DNA from: a virus
Virus record (IMG/VR): IMGVR_UViG_3300020473_000015
Direction: 5' to 3' (one strand)
Length of the DNA: 64,000 nt
Shown piece after piece: positions 41,801-50,400 of this stretch. The notes under the pieces are model-generated. The model saw only the letters and a program-made list of their open reading frames with translations, was not told the DNA's origin and did no database searches. Numbering within the stretch: position 1 is the stretch's first letter; each line of letters opens with the position of its first letter. Made by a program: the position numbers and the translations under genes.

Positions 41801-42189
41801 ATTTGAATATGAATTTTATACCATTTTTTGATAGTGTAACGTCAGTTGATCCAAATATTTTAAGAGGGCCATATCCTACTGAAGATTTTATGGATGGATC
41901 AGGTTTACCGGGATGGACTAAATTTCCTGAATGGGTACCCGATATCAGCCCTGTAGATTTAGGTCGAAACCCTGAACGTACACAGGCAGAAAGAAATAGG
42001 CAAAATCGAGAAAACACTTTTGATCAAAACATACTGCAATCGTTTTCAGCTACTCAATTTGTGAGTTTACAGGCTCAAAATATAGCAAATAGTGCTTTAC
42101 AGCCAAATTATCTACAAGGCACAATAGATAAGAGCATTGATATCAATACTGCTAAAGGCACACAAAAAAAAGATAAGCCTAATTATTAA
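32812..42189 (+). CDS. Giant baseplate/fibre protein (3125 aa) with LamG/concanavalin domain and a P2 gpI / gp7-like wedge motif
   Basis: TVEFWMKK..WHHYAIT..LYFDG..GSLDEFRFW (LamG); KTKGTEKSFRNLIHCFG (tail-I-like); Ser/Thr/Gly-rich. Confidence 0.7.
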   Translation: MPIDYKKLYQSHDIILTNANPDNLVENGTLESVDYLRNYFKSRERYKPPVDFSKLKNFARFGSAKKYYVDAFDRIAETYPYDGSLKERIDWELSSSYFDLYVFDQVYPRSNGYVTISAEGWGTQAASSDHYGATATSSYEYIFIKGGPHGSQRSKDKDITDITGDYKSGYANIWEPAKNRESNLKIGGIDGNTVEFWMKKSEFVTSKTGREVIFDAATSDYDYTSSNYGRLRVELTGTTSDCPIAVTWLSGTTGPNLSGFQGSTVTTSSIADGNWHHYAITLENSGTSAVMKLYFDGVCNGERTLPNSAIGDVNGNINATIGSLITNPSGTTQPTKGWGKLSGSLDEFRFWKDTRTSPEVLRYMIEPVGGGTNTDDANTSLGVYYKFNEGITSVNSTDQTVLDYSGRISNGTFVGYNSSARNVGSAMVSSGLVDTEFKDPILYTTHPDVESILETKKKEGEIHDFGNNAAIYHSLPAWITEEDEDKQYSPLKNLTQIVGSYFDSLAEQINSIPQLKHKTYLSSSHKPAPFNDRLLNSIGFDYFPELFSDATELEYFRSRNDRSLFEKKLYDVKNRIYQNIYNNIIYINKTKGTEKSFRNLIHCFGLGDEIYRINTYGNRVTYTLKDNYKSIAEFKKYVNFGLTGSSEATVFPHSASSNSNSKAIISASYGTTDYLGFTMESEVHFPIRHSLADSNTVATTDEGPSRQFRTYIPFTTASLFGMHQVGDSATGNNLTWASTDQANFQVFAVKASDYSQRAQFVLTGTSDSVIGALNLTSSYIDDVFDDTRWTFSVSVKPNSNTTADLAVGSSASFATMGYTVEFYGVEKIVDYVKNEFHVSGTITADQGSKFLNYPKAPYIGAHRTNFSGTLLKKADGNISSTRVWYSHLPTGTIKQHHQDVKNFGVDHPYRSTYLYPTQLDGIKIPTIDTLVLNWTFDTVTGSDSSGEFIGEDYSSGSAEKVSKYGEFGELVGKQYLPKGFNFPASSALPINKKFISSGKKQLPEMINSSDMVNILTDDDRFFNKVDLLRPTNYYTSIEKSMYQTISDEMVKMFSSIKDFNNLVGEPVNKYRHEYKDMEKLRQLFYERVGNTPDLDKYVDFYKWVDITLDTLLGYLVPASSDMGDRYGSNIRTMVENTVLHRNKYKWQYPTFEDKTPDIEGNILGINELLYNWEFGFHPLNSEDNKCLWWKERAERGDALTSGDTNVDSNKQTMLDSIINETNATAPTLGSRDTSTGAISTYQGSTYVTRRLAKPLRLKVDESPVYKQSPSMYSNKNPGFFDAINKFKEGDEYGIVQVNSEDVESFKDCNDDLALNNGKRKYTFAAKSKIGGGTFSDSDNYKGQKILPFNLYSGSFTGGVKDTISDGFMEGADITNLHMDIYGPDYEVPVQGAFTEKFVGGRPHRHIFSNLRPNNSSPDGIDDRPEGWKLILSSSILKLVNSDSGSANTPKSPYFREEYAKRPVNIKNIKMTTGSSADVAGRPDIVLNTTNIGNYTDNYEVVMTNGRSINNRYLAEAPDGLPTTYTDSTAVSGVVDFAMPRRDLTGSSKSIIVNRFSAPGDPATMGQGMLDPAAGEYSVYNSLIWRNLSVRMPLDEWYTNHANQFGFYSDTQVSSAYVLAGETYPGGNSTVSSADYSGTGSFHKVNRNPKKVKKYSSATSTSSFADDTVYDNWFVQHPIPRTDLQYAWITASVINGYSGAALYDYEQPDFSNASLASTDITFCSASDVVSIAETGSSIYRYFGQDKNSNFPLSDQSPYTGTIFTDFVGLNTIVYEPITSSENNLGWPHNSWDGANSTYINPNTPKSASSGLGQYVPRAASNAAVLNSIILNRQGPYGWPSWKQIRGAQHPVMRYNYKNNLQTFKKLGTIVENNGAIAASWTTISQSEPPITSKFWPLKYNFDYKTSLGNVGTTNMWTSYGNEKSYFTSPPDPNITGLTNLNNSNLVWSKAGQVGETLQDADNQILAYDTMKKYLLWNTPEYINGSANPIETFHKLEIVETVFPREHYTYRAIVRQRENFSNNFWRDSRSERNTTTINSQGFEATASGKDPASMWSLDSRADLSSTSAVPVGSGSEGELQNSYSIFYSGSDKSTVRAAATYNRRIQEKIDGVTYFLGDTQWEAGEQSGYNPSYDTYSEFVQDVRTLGKDYGIVPEYRLSEHMEYHVVDKASDGGFFAKNPSWLSLAGATISSSNDPDHDNIYGEGSFYTVYANSDFMKYFEPINTDFNAVGMPTRLKLKCSAITKFLPYDGFYPSERTVQLAEIFSQSFGPNATLMGTDANWKTLLTPFFAPGIMYNSIKSGIAVDYPVFDEPPSSVSRVILSDFDKRIPFEAIVDPDYWLSGLGTIHDTEPDSNHGAIVSSGSFGASSNNLFKYAINNFMAEAPRFFLGGTDGYNGNPYGPLTTFASKPTQEGTVEGVEMDPLGGKAEGNFIYFEANKSYKMRIVCRHSKINTLEAINKNPDYLDGTASYIWNEPTIMMYNRAFNRSDTSEYADLYYDLNSGDPESAIGMHHAPIYGSSFGPPVSQVTSSTDGSQTAGGFEPYTPPYYNGYSHIEITYTPEYAGYKTISDVLSDVSASYHRVTLQSGSNASRARDQAMHLSSSVNWRQVVTEGGKTRWVIQPKWESPILDFKESSITLPTVGSGSVAKGMWHQYGSLPRAGAGVFLEIQSPSNTEIGDSVGDLADKLGFSTNTSKQLGQIPSSGKTVKEAVVAIPFYKNFWGQRTFFHLNRKTINWAIAKMGGGYTTDEDYMSANSLNDYDWVYKPSGTVVDMVKSMYKYSLPPSINFLLQKDKAPFSMVFFEFDHHFTQDDLVKMWQGILPSEDRKDAASGVQHAVSEIEFDMNLLSGREALYSENPDPSTYKGWDLLNAVPGNKTGDLGFPTDIQWMVFKVKQKAASHYYSLTADRMDDYGSPTLNYLLDPTPLSFLPQFKFWETGAMSLLSTVEKAENIYRYNWPYDFFSLVELAKIDKTIVMEQRKEIPDTFPNIGSLVDLLPDLNMNFIPFFDSVTSVDPNILRGPYPTEDFMDGSGLPGWTKFPEWVPDISPVDLGRNPERTQAERNRQNRENTFDQNILQSFSATQFVSLQAQNIANSALQPNYLQGTIDKSIDINTAKGTQKKDKPNY
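42179..42185 (+). promoter_or_regulatory. Candidate late-promoter motif CTAATTA
   Basis: Lies in the last codons of the upstream gene; starts 24 nt before ATG 42203, followed by an AAGGA SD. Confidence 0.4.
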
Positions 42190-42202
42190 GAAGGATATTT
42201 AG

Positions 42203-43264
42203 ATGACATTTGCAAACCAAAAAGAAGAAACACTTAATTTAGAACTCACATCTTATGGTAGGTATCTATTATCTCTTGGGAAGTTTAAGCCACATCAATA
42301 TGCCTTCTTTGACGATGATATTATATATGATAGGCAGTTTGTTGGCACCGGCTCATCAGATAAACCAACGGAATTACAAAACGACATTGAGGGTAGAATA
42401 CAAGAAGAAACCCCCAGGCTTAAGCCACAGAGCATATATAGGGGCGCTGAAGTTGGAGTGTTTTCTGAAAATGCAGCCCACGTAAATAATTTGATGCCCG
42501 GTGTTGTAGCTGCGTCGGAGAAAAAGTCAGCCGACTTTTTATTGGAGACTGCAGACTCTTCTTATATATATTCTGAGCCTCTTGGCAACTCTGCCTTTAA
42601 TTCAAATAATGTAGCAGCTTGGGACATAGCTTTTTATAAGAATTATTTGAATAGCGCAACGATGGCATGGACAGGCTCAAATGATGTTATACCCACGACT
42701 TTCATTCCGCAGTTAAATTCAAACATACAATATGAAGCACACTTTTATCCACCTGATCCAGATTACAAGTGGGAAGATGAGCCACCGCAATATTTATATG
42801 ATTTTGCAGACGAAAATGTGGCTGGAAATTTAGAAATTTATGATAATTTGAATATTCCATATAAGTTAGATGGGAATAGTGGTTATATAACTGTTTTTGA
42901 TGATTACGCTGTATTAAAAGTGGAAGAGGCAAATACAGATTTTGAAAAAGAAAACTTTGAGGTAGAAGTTTTTTTAGTAGAATCTGAAGCTGTTAATAAC
43001 AACCCGGAAGTGCTTTCTAAATTGTATTTTTATGATGGTCTTGGTGATCCAACTAAAAAGCATATTGAATATTTTTTCCAAATAGAGGTTGATTTCGAAA
43101 TCGATGAAGAAGAATTTTGCGACCTTCGCGGAAATAAAGAAAAAGTTAAAAATATTTACACAGATAATATATTTAATTGTTCTGGTGAAGGTACATTAGG
43201 TTTAGGTCAAGCAAATATTTATGGTACTGCGGAAAATCAAGAGATAGGAGATGTGTGTGACTAA
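42203..43264 (+). CDS. Putative virion structural protein (N-terminus paralogous to 51317..52303)
   Basis: LELTSYGRYLLSLGKFKPHQYAFFDDDIIY aligns with VLTDAGRKRLAEGDGSFRITKYAFGDDEIDY. Confidence 0.7.
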   Translation: MTFANQKEETLNLELTSYGRYLLSLGKFKPHQYAFFDDDIIYDRQFVGTGSSDKPTELQNDIEGRIQEETPRLKPQSIYRGAEVGVFSENAAHVNNLMPGVVAASEKKSADFLLETADSSYIYSEPLGNSAFNSNNVAAWDIAFYKNYLNSATMAWTGSNDVIPTTFIPQLNSNIQYEAHFYPPDPDYKWEDEPPQYLYDFADENVAGNLEIYDNLNIPYKLDGNSGYITVFDDYAVLKVEEANTDFEKENFEVEVFLVESEAVNNNPEVLSKLYFYDGLGDPTKKHIEYFFQIEVDFEIDEEEFCDLRGNKEKVKNIYTDNIFNCSGEGTLGLGQANIYGTAENQEIGDVCD

Positions 43265-46200
43265 TGGCAAACTTTAATTTCAATGGAATAACAGACCCTA
43301 TATTACCAAGCGTATACATCAATAAGATCACTTTAGATGGTGCCGAAGCAGCGCTTAATAAAATAGCTGCTAACAAAAATTCTGTAATAGATGCACATAT
43401 TGCAGAGGAAAACGTTGCGGGTTATGTAGCAAAGGAAGGAGATTATTCTGCTCCAAAATTAATTGTTACATATGATTTGCTTCTAGAAGTTGAAGATATA
43501 TATGATGATATTATTGAATCATCATTTGTCAGCGATATTTTTAAGCACATCAATTTACATGTTGTAACTCTCAAGGGGACAAGAGGCAAACAAGCGTATA
43601 GACATCTCTTAAAGACTGATACCGGTAAATTTAGCGAAAAGTTAACCATAAGTCGCTTGATTCATGGCGCTCCAGGTTTTCTGGGATTAAAGAACACTGG
43701 CATATGGCCAACAATCGGCGCTGGCACAAAGTTGATTTCAGACACAGACTTTAAATATAGTAAAAAAACCTTAGACAATATTATTGAAAACCAGCATATA
43801 CCAGCCAATAAAGACACTTTGGCGACAAGCCTGCAATATGGGCGAGATTTTATTAAACAGAAATATCAACATATTATGCCAGATGGCAGAACAATTTATA
43901 AAATTCCAGTTAAAGTTAAACAAGAAATTTCTGGACATTCTTTTCCAAATGATCTGGCGGCAATTGTAGTGTGTTCTCTAGATACAACCAGCATGCTTGA
44001 AGACTATGAGGGCTTTGATTCACTTGACCCTAATGTGGTCGACCACGATCCATATGAAGCTTCCTGGGGTAGAGTTGCCACTGAGGTAATTCTTAAAAAT
44101 GGGGCCCCGCCAAAGCAAGGAATGATATTTTTTATCTCCACCGACCAAGGAAATAATACAGAGTTTGATCATATAAAAGGCACATTATGGATGGGAGGAG
44201 TACATAAACACAAAGATAGGTTCATGGCCGGGAACGAACACGACCCAGAAACTAATCACCCTTATTTAGATTATGTAATGGTAGAAAATTCTCGTGTACA
44301 TGATTTTAGACAACTAGCAGTAATAAAAAAACAAATACTCAATTTTGAATCTCAAAAAAATAAGTTTGCTGGACAGAAGTATATTAACAATCAATTACAC
44401 AAAATTGTCACTGCCGATTTTAGCGAACCGGCATGTTTTTCAAATCTTATATCGACAATCAACGACAATAGATTAGTTAAATTGGCATTTTCTATTGATT
44501 GGGGTAAGCTGTTGAAAAAACATTGTATTATGCCGAGTGTACTAGACAGGCTAGCCACTGAGAACCCCGGTCTTTTAAAAACATTTTTTGAAAGTTATGC
44601 CTTTCCCAACATATTATCGTTTAAAATTTATAGAGAAAGGATAGATACCACTCATGATATAATAAATGATACCGGAAAAAAAATAATATATGATGGATTT
44701 CCCAATATTTATTATACTGGCAATACACAAAAAGGCTTAGACAGCCCAGATAAAAAGTTTTCAGATCCTGAAATTCTTTCTGCACTGGTCCCATTAAAAG
44801 TATTTTATCCGACTCCGGGAGTTGAAAATACTAGTTTTTTGGGTCATATGACAAATTTTACTTTTACTGATTATGATATTGAGCGCACTAGCCGCGGCCA
44901 GTTTCGATATTCTATAGAAGCGGAAATGGTTGATCCAACTTTAAATTATATTGTAGATGTTTTTAATACAATAAATCCAGCTGTGCAAGCCTTAAAACCA
45001 TTTGTGTCCTTTGTTAATGGGGATTTTAATACCACAACAAGCTCGAAAACACCTCTTGAAATATTTGACCCCACAAAAGGTGCTTTTACTGAGGCAGCAA
45101 TTGCAATCATGAACAATGAATATTATTTGGAAAAACTTTACAAAGTCCCCGGCAATCCAGTTGTTAAAGCACTATCCGCAATGTCTGTATTTGTATTTTT
45201 TGAAGAAAAAGGTGACTTTCAGCCGGGTTTGCCATCTTTGAGGGCTCTTATAGATATTGAAAATGGTGCAACTCCGGACTCAATTAATGTTTTTAATGAT
45301 ATTTTGGTTACCATGCTCAACAAGCTAAGATCGATTATTGAATCACACAGCACCACAAAGATTCCAAAAATAGAATCCTTTGGAGAGGGCGGTATTAAAG
45401 AGCGAGCGCTATCTAGTACGCCGGTTGTAGCTACAATCCCTCAGAAGAAAATACAAATAAAACACACATTTAAAAGTGTAGATGAATTAGTAAATACTTT
45501 TCAGTCAGAAGCAGGATATGATTTTTTTGGTGGCACCCCAATAGTCGACTCGGATGGAATCTTTCAAGCCGGTATAGATAAAGAAACCATGGGGATATCA
45601 AACCAAACTAGTGTGAGCATTGGCTTAAAATCAATTGATTTCGAACATTTAAGCCTACGCGCTTCTAAAGAAGCAAGCTTTTATTGGCCTCTTGGCGCCG
45701 ATCCAGCTTCTAATGTGTCGTTGCCACTACCAGATGAATTGGGCTCTATGGAGATGGCTCACCTATCACTTTGGGCTACGACAGGAAGATACTTTACTGT
45801 GCCTATTGGTGGCACCTATCTGCCTAAATATGTTGTAAATCACAGTTCTGGCGATGAACAATCCTACCATATGGTTGTTAATAATATATTGCGCTTTAAG
45901 TCGGGCCTTTATGGAGATTATAACAAAAAACATAAGTTAGGTTACGGACCTACTGATAAAATAGCGGTGGGAAGTTTAGGCATTAGTGAGCAGATGGAAA
46001 GAATACTTAAAGAATATCAAACACTTGCATCCATAGGTGTCTATTTTCCCCAAGATTCAATAGTTGAAGGCTTCGGCGCCCATCAAACCATAAGCTCAAA
46101 TGATTCTGACAAAAATCTTGGAAATAATTCTTTTCCGTGGGATGGTATTAATAATCCCCTCGGAGACAATCTGGACATGATCCCTCTAGAAACTAAAAAG

Positions 46201-47169
46201 AATATGGAGGACAGCTTGGAGCTTCTAACTAAGATGCGCGTCCCATGGGCAGAAAATTGGGATATGGAACAATTATTAATGTCTTTGATAGTTGGGACAC
46301 TAATAACTCCGACAGTATTAGATTTGAAGCTTGGAGCATTTGATCCACTCCTTAAGGGAAGTAAATTTAATAAATTTATTAGAGATTTTTATAATCAATA
46401 CGGACCAGGGAATACTGCAACTTGGCTTCAGTATAATCTTCCACATCAGTTGTTGGCATTAATAGCGAATCTCAATTGGCAAAGTCGGTATCATTTAGAC
46501 GCACATGTGCAAAATACGCCTATGAAAAAGGGCAATTTTATATACTATGAAGATGGAGGAAAGCCACAGCTTTATGAGGTTCCAAAAAGTTTTCCGGATC
46601 CTATAAAGCCCGGAAAAAAACTCATACTCCAAGAACACATTCAAGATCAAGATATGAAAATTGATAAATTTGGGCAATTTTGGTTTAACCACATGAATAT
46701 AGCAGAAGTTCAATATTTACATGGTTACGAGCGTACCACTGTACCTACAGGGAAAAAAATCACACAATATGAAGAAATATATAGTAGTGCACTTAACTCT
46801 CCCATATGGTACCCTTTAGATCAAGCTAACTTAAGTAAGATGATATATTCAATGGATCAAGAAAATGACGCAGCGCAATGGCACATAATGTGCCGCCTTG
46901 TTAAAAAGAAATTTCCATTTTTCAATCCCAAGGCGTATGAAGTTTTAGATTTGCCCATTGTGGATGAATATTTTCTTATTACGACCAAGAAGCAAATGGG
47001 AACTATGACACAAGGGCCATGGTATAATGCTTATATACATGAAGTACCAACTTCACAAAAGGGAGCAGATGATAGCACTTTACAGATGATTATGGATACA
47101 GATAAACTTTGGAGTTTTTATAGTGAAGCAGTGGAACTAAATATTGAAGTTGGTGACGTTGGTGAATAA
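43264..47169 (+). CDS. Large hypothetical virion protein (1301 aa)
   Basis: TAATG-coupled ORF in the structural module; His-rich WMGGVHKH..MAGNEH..HPYL motif. Confidence 0.8.
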   Translation: MANFNFNGITDPILPSVYINKITLDGAEAALNKIAANKNSVIDAHIAEENVAGYVAKEGDYSAPKLIVTYDLLLEVEDIYDDIIESSFVSDIFKHINLHVVTLKGTRGKQAYRHLLKTDTGKFSEKLTISRLIHGAPGFLGLKNTGIWPTIGAGTKLISDTDFKYSKKTLDNIIENQHIPANKDTLATSLQYGRDFIKQKYQHIMPDGRTIYKIPVKVKQEISGHSFPNDLAAIVVCSLDTTSMLEDYEGFDSLDPNVVDHDPYEASWGRVATEVILKNGAPPKQGMIFFISTDQGNNTEFDHIKGTLWMGGVHKHKDRFMAGNEHDPETNHPYLDYVMVENSRVHDFRQLAVIKKQILNFESQKNKFAGQKYINNQLHKIVTADFSEPACFSNLISTINDNRLVKLAFSIDWGKLLKKHCIMPSVLDRLATENPGLLKTFFESYAFPNILSFKIYRERIDTTHDIINDTGKKIIYDGFPNIYYTGNTQKGLDSPDKKFSDPEILSALVPLKVFYPTPGVENTSFLGHMTNFTFTDYDIERTSRGQFRYSIEAEMVDPTLNYIVDVFNTINPAVQALKPFVSFVNGDFNTTTSSKTPLEIFDPTKGAFTEAAIAIMNNEYYLEKLYKVPGNPVVKALSAMSVFVFFEEKGDFQPGLPSLRALIDIENGATPDSINVFNDILVTMLNKLRSIIESHSTTKIPKIESFGEGGIKERALSSTPVVATIPQKKIQIKHTFKSVDELVNTFQSEAGYDFFGGTPIVDSDGIFQAGIDKETMGISNQTSVSIGLKSIDFEHLSLRASKEASFYWPLGADPASNVSLPLPDELGSMEMAHLSLWATTGRYFTVPIGGTYLPKYVVNHSSGDEQSYHMVVNNILRFKSGLYGDYNKKHKLGYGPTDKIAVGSLGISEQMERILKEYQTLASIGVYFPQDSIVEGFGAHQTISSNDSDKNLGNNSFPWDGINNPLGDNLDMIPLETKKNMEDSLELLTKMRVPWAENWDMEQLLMSLIVGTLITPTVLDLKLGAFDPLLKGSKFNKFIRDFYNQYGPGNTATWLQYNLPHQLLALIANLNWQSRYHLDAHVQNTPMKKGNFIYYEDGGKPQLYEVPKSFPDPIKPGKKLILQEHIQDQDMKIDKFGQFWFNHMNIAEVQYLHGYERTTVPTGKKITQYEEIYSSALNSPIWYPLDQANLSKMIYSMDQENDAAQWHIMCRLVKKKFPFFNPKAYEVLDLPIVDEYFLITTKKQMGTMTQGPWYNAYIHEVPTSQKGADDSTLQMIMDTDKLWSFYSEAVELNIEVGDVGE

Positions 47170-47188
47170 TATTATTTTTAAAAAACAT

Positions 47189-47195
47189 CTAATTA
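47189..47195 (+). promoter_or_regulatory. Candidate late-promoter motif CTAATTA
   Basis: Intergenic; starts 27 nt before ATG 47216, upstream of the AGGA SD. Confidence 0.55.
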
Positions 47196-47215
47196 TAAAA
47201 AAAGGATTTTAAATT

Positions 47216-47452
47216 ATGGCTTTAAATATAGTAGATTTATATAGTCAAGAATATATTTCAAAATTGGGAACAGAATATATTTGTACAGGATATATGTTTG
47301 AGATATCTGAAACTAAAAAAACTCTAGGAGAACAAGTGGCTAGTTTTGATCTTGTTGGTGTTTCTGGAGAGGACGAATACAATATGTCTCCATCGGGACA
47401 GCAAACTGATTACTCGGCTGGCGGCCAAACCGGTGGAATGGGTGGATATTAA
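47216..47452 (+). CDS. Small hypothetical protein with Gly-rich tail
   Basis: AAGGA SD; fills the intergenic space; ends GGQTGGMGGY. Confidence 0.7.
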   Translation: MALNIVDLYSQEYISKLGTEYICTGYMFEISETKKTLGEQVASFDLVGVSGEDEYNMSPSGQQTDYSAGGQTGGMGGY

Positions 47453-47457
47453 TTAAA

Positions 47458-50400
47458 ATGGCGTGGTATAAAGATCCAGTAACAGGTGAAGTTATAGAAG
47501 TTAATCTTTTTGAGAAAAAATATACTGACTCTGGCATGCCAGTACAAAAGTCAGTTCAATCTCAGATGTTGGTTGTGCCGTTTTCTGTGCCCTATAAAAC
47601 CGAAAACCCTGAAAAAATGCTTGATTGGGATAGTTTATATGGCGTCACACCACCACCCGGAAAGGGTTCTGCAACTTGGGTTGCAGAGAAAAAAGGCTAT
47701 GATGCGCTCTGGGTCGATCCAGATGATAAAAAAACTGTGTGGGGATCATGGATGCCATGGAACATAGCACAAGCAAAGACTTTTGATGTCTTTTTCAATG
47801 CATGGACTCGACCCTATGTTACACTTGATTCAACAATGGTGCACTTGTGGTCAAGCATAAACATGCAAGCTAATGTAGTTACTCCGCAGCAATATAATAT
47901 TACAAAATTTTCTGATGACACGGAACATAAATTTACTGAGAACGTAACGGATATTAACGCTGATCCATTCCGCGCATTAACGCACTTGGGGTGCCTAGTT
48001 GAAGAAGCACCCAAAGGAAGTGGATATTTTCATGAGAATGCCCAATACAGTTCTAATAGATATAGGATTGACTCACAAGAGGATTTTAAGATCCATAAAT
48101 CCAATTCTCTTTTTAAGAGTGAGATTGTTGACTACGAAAAACAATATAAAAATAGGCTAAAATTAAGAAAAAACAAAGTACGGTTTTTAGGCGGCCCAGC
48201 TGGCACAACCCACCCATTGTACAATCCAATATTTAATAGAATGTGGCTTGGGCAGGATGGTTCAAAGTGGGATTCATTAAATGGCAATGGGAGTTTGAAG
48301 TCAATATTCTTTCAATCAACAAATAAACCATACCTAAATAAACATTCCCATTTAGCATTTCCATTAAATTATAAGGGAGTCTCTTATAAAGATTCAACTT
48401 TTGAAATCGTGAAACCAAGCTTGGAGAGGGCATATCAATCTAATGTTGGTGAAGAAATGGGCCTGTCCACACCGGTAAAGGTTCAAGCACATTATAATTA
48501 TTATTTGGTACCCTATGAGAAAGCAATATCAGACTATCAAGCAAAAGGCGAAATGCAAGTTAGAATTCCTCATGAGTTTAAGCCATATAAAGATCAAACT
48601 TTAATACCAATCCCCGAACAGCTGCTTCCAAACATATATGCTTTAGTATATGATCAAATGTCTGAAGAGCCATATTTTCGCTATGGTGATCAGGGCTCTT
48701 GGATACCCCCTTTGGCACTTAAGAATATTGAAAAAGAAAACGGCTCTTTAAAACTTAAAGCCGGTGACGACATCCAATACGGTAATCACCAGTTTCTTGT
48801 GGAGACTTTGGGACAATTTTTATCCGTAACCACTAAGAAAAATAATATAAATGAGACACCGGTCAAAAATATTCCAGAATATTTAAACTCATGGGCGAAC
48901 ATGTTGGGTATTTTAAACAGTGACACCCCTGATAAAGCCGCGACATATGGTAGTCATTGGGCCCCAGCATTTGATAGGTTTGGCCATAGAGCAAAAAGCG
49001 CAGCTGCCCAAATCATGGAAAAGAAATATAATGTTGTTGGAGTGTCTGCATACAAATTAAAAGATTTGAATGATGAGGCAGAGAAATTAAAGAAACAGTT
49101 TCCTTTTTATGTGGATATAGATATTCCAATGTCAAATGAGGGTGTTGTAGGTCAAACGCTATATGAATCCGGCTTAACTGATATTTTTATGCAAAATTGC
49201 ATGGCAGCATATTTTACAGTCTATAACAAGAAAGACGATGATAATAAAAGCTATCAGGAGGCCTCCGAAACGAATTGGCCAATTCACCCAAATATAGTTC
49301 AATCATTTTACAAAGATATTAAAGTGGGCATAGCAGACAGTCATGCCAATGTATGTATGATACGGAAAGACATGGCACCAGAAACACAGGACGGAGTTCT
49401 TAAAATAGCTGGACAACAACATACGATGTTTAATGAAACGTTGTTACAGCTTTGGTTAAATCCCCTGCTGGAGAGCAAACACTTATTAGACCTAGATCAA
49501 GCACCTGCAGTAGATATAGATAAAAACAACGATGGCGACAAAAATTTTCTTGCCGAGGCTTATTCTGGATTGCCGCCACACCTTTATGAGTGGATAAACT
49601 ACTTCACAGCATCAGATTATGTTAAACAAATTATAAAATTAAAAGGGCATTCTGGCGCTGGATCCGGACAGTGGTACCATGGCGGCAACAAACTCAACAT
49701 ATTAAAGCCAGTAATTTTTGGAAAAAAAGCGGTAGCCTCCAATGCGCAGTCTATAGTGAAGTGGCACCACGCCAAAAAGACAATAAACAAGTTTATTAAT
49801 GATAGAGTGCGAAGCGTTGATGACATTTTTCGGGGCAAAAAAGCATATTCAGAGGTCTTATTTTATGAAGTTGTTAAATATGCCTCTATTGGTGTCTCCG
49901 AAACAAAAACGAGCAACCAGTGGGGCAATAAGCCGATTAATCATCCAGTACCCCAACAAATAGGATATGTGCCTGATTGGTCTGTAGGGCATGGACAGCC
50001 TATAGATCATAGTCAAAATGTAACGTCAGAAAATGTAAACCCACCAGACGGTGGCCCAAGCAAACCAGCTGGACAACAGGGGTGGATCCAAAGCTTTTTT
50101 GTACCTAATGTGCCTGGGATGGATATAGCCAAATATGTTGATACGCAAGTTAAGAATGATAAGGGATATTATTATCAAGTTTATGCCCATACATTTGTTA
50201 TAGGAACTAAGTATCAAAATACAAATTGGTATGGTGATTGTAATTGGGATAATAATGATAAAGAGCCATTTTTTGATTTAATGATGGAATATGACTATAA
50301 ACCAGATGTACAATTATTTAGAGTGCCTTTCTATAATACAATTGCAACTTCAAACAACTCAACAGTCCCCACAAAAGACCCAAACCAAACATATAATATA

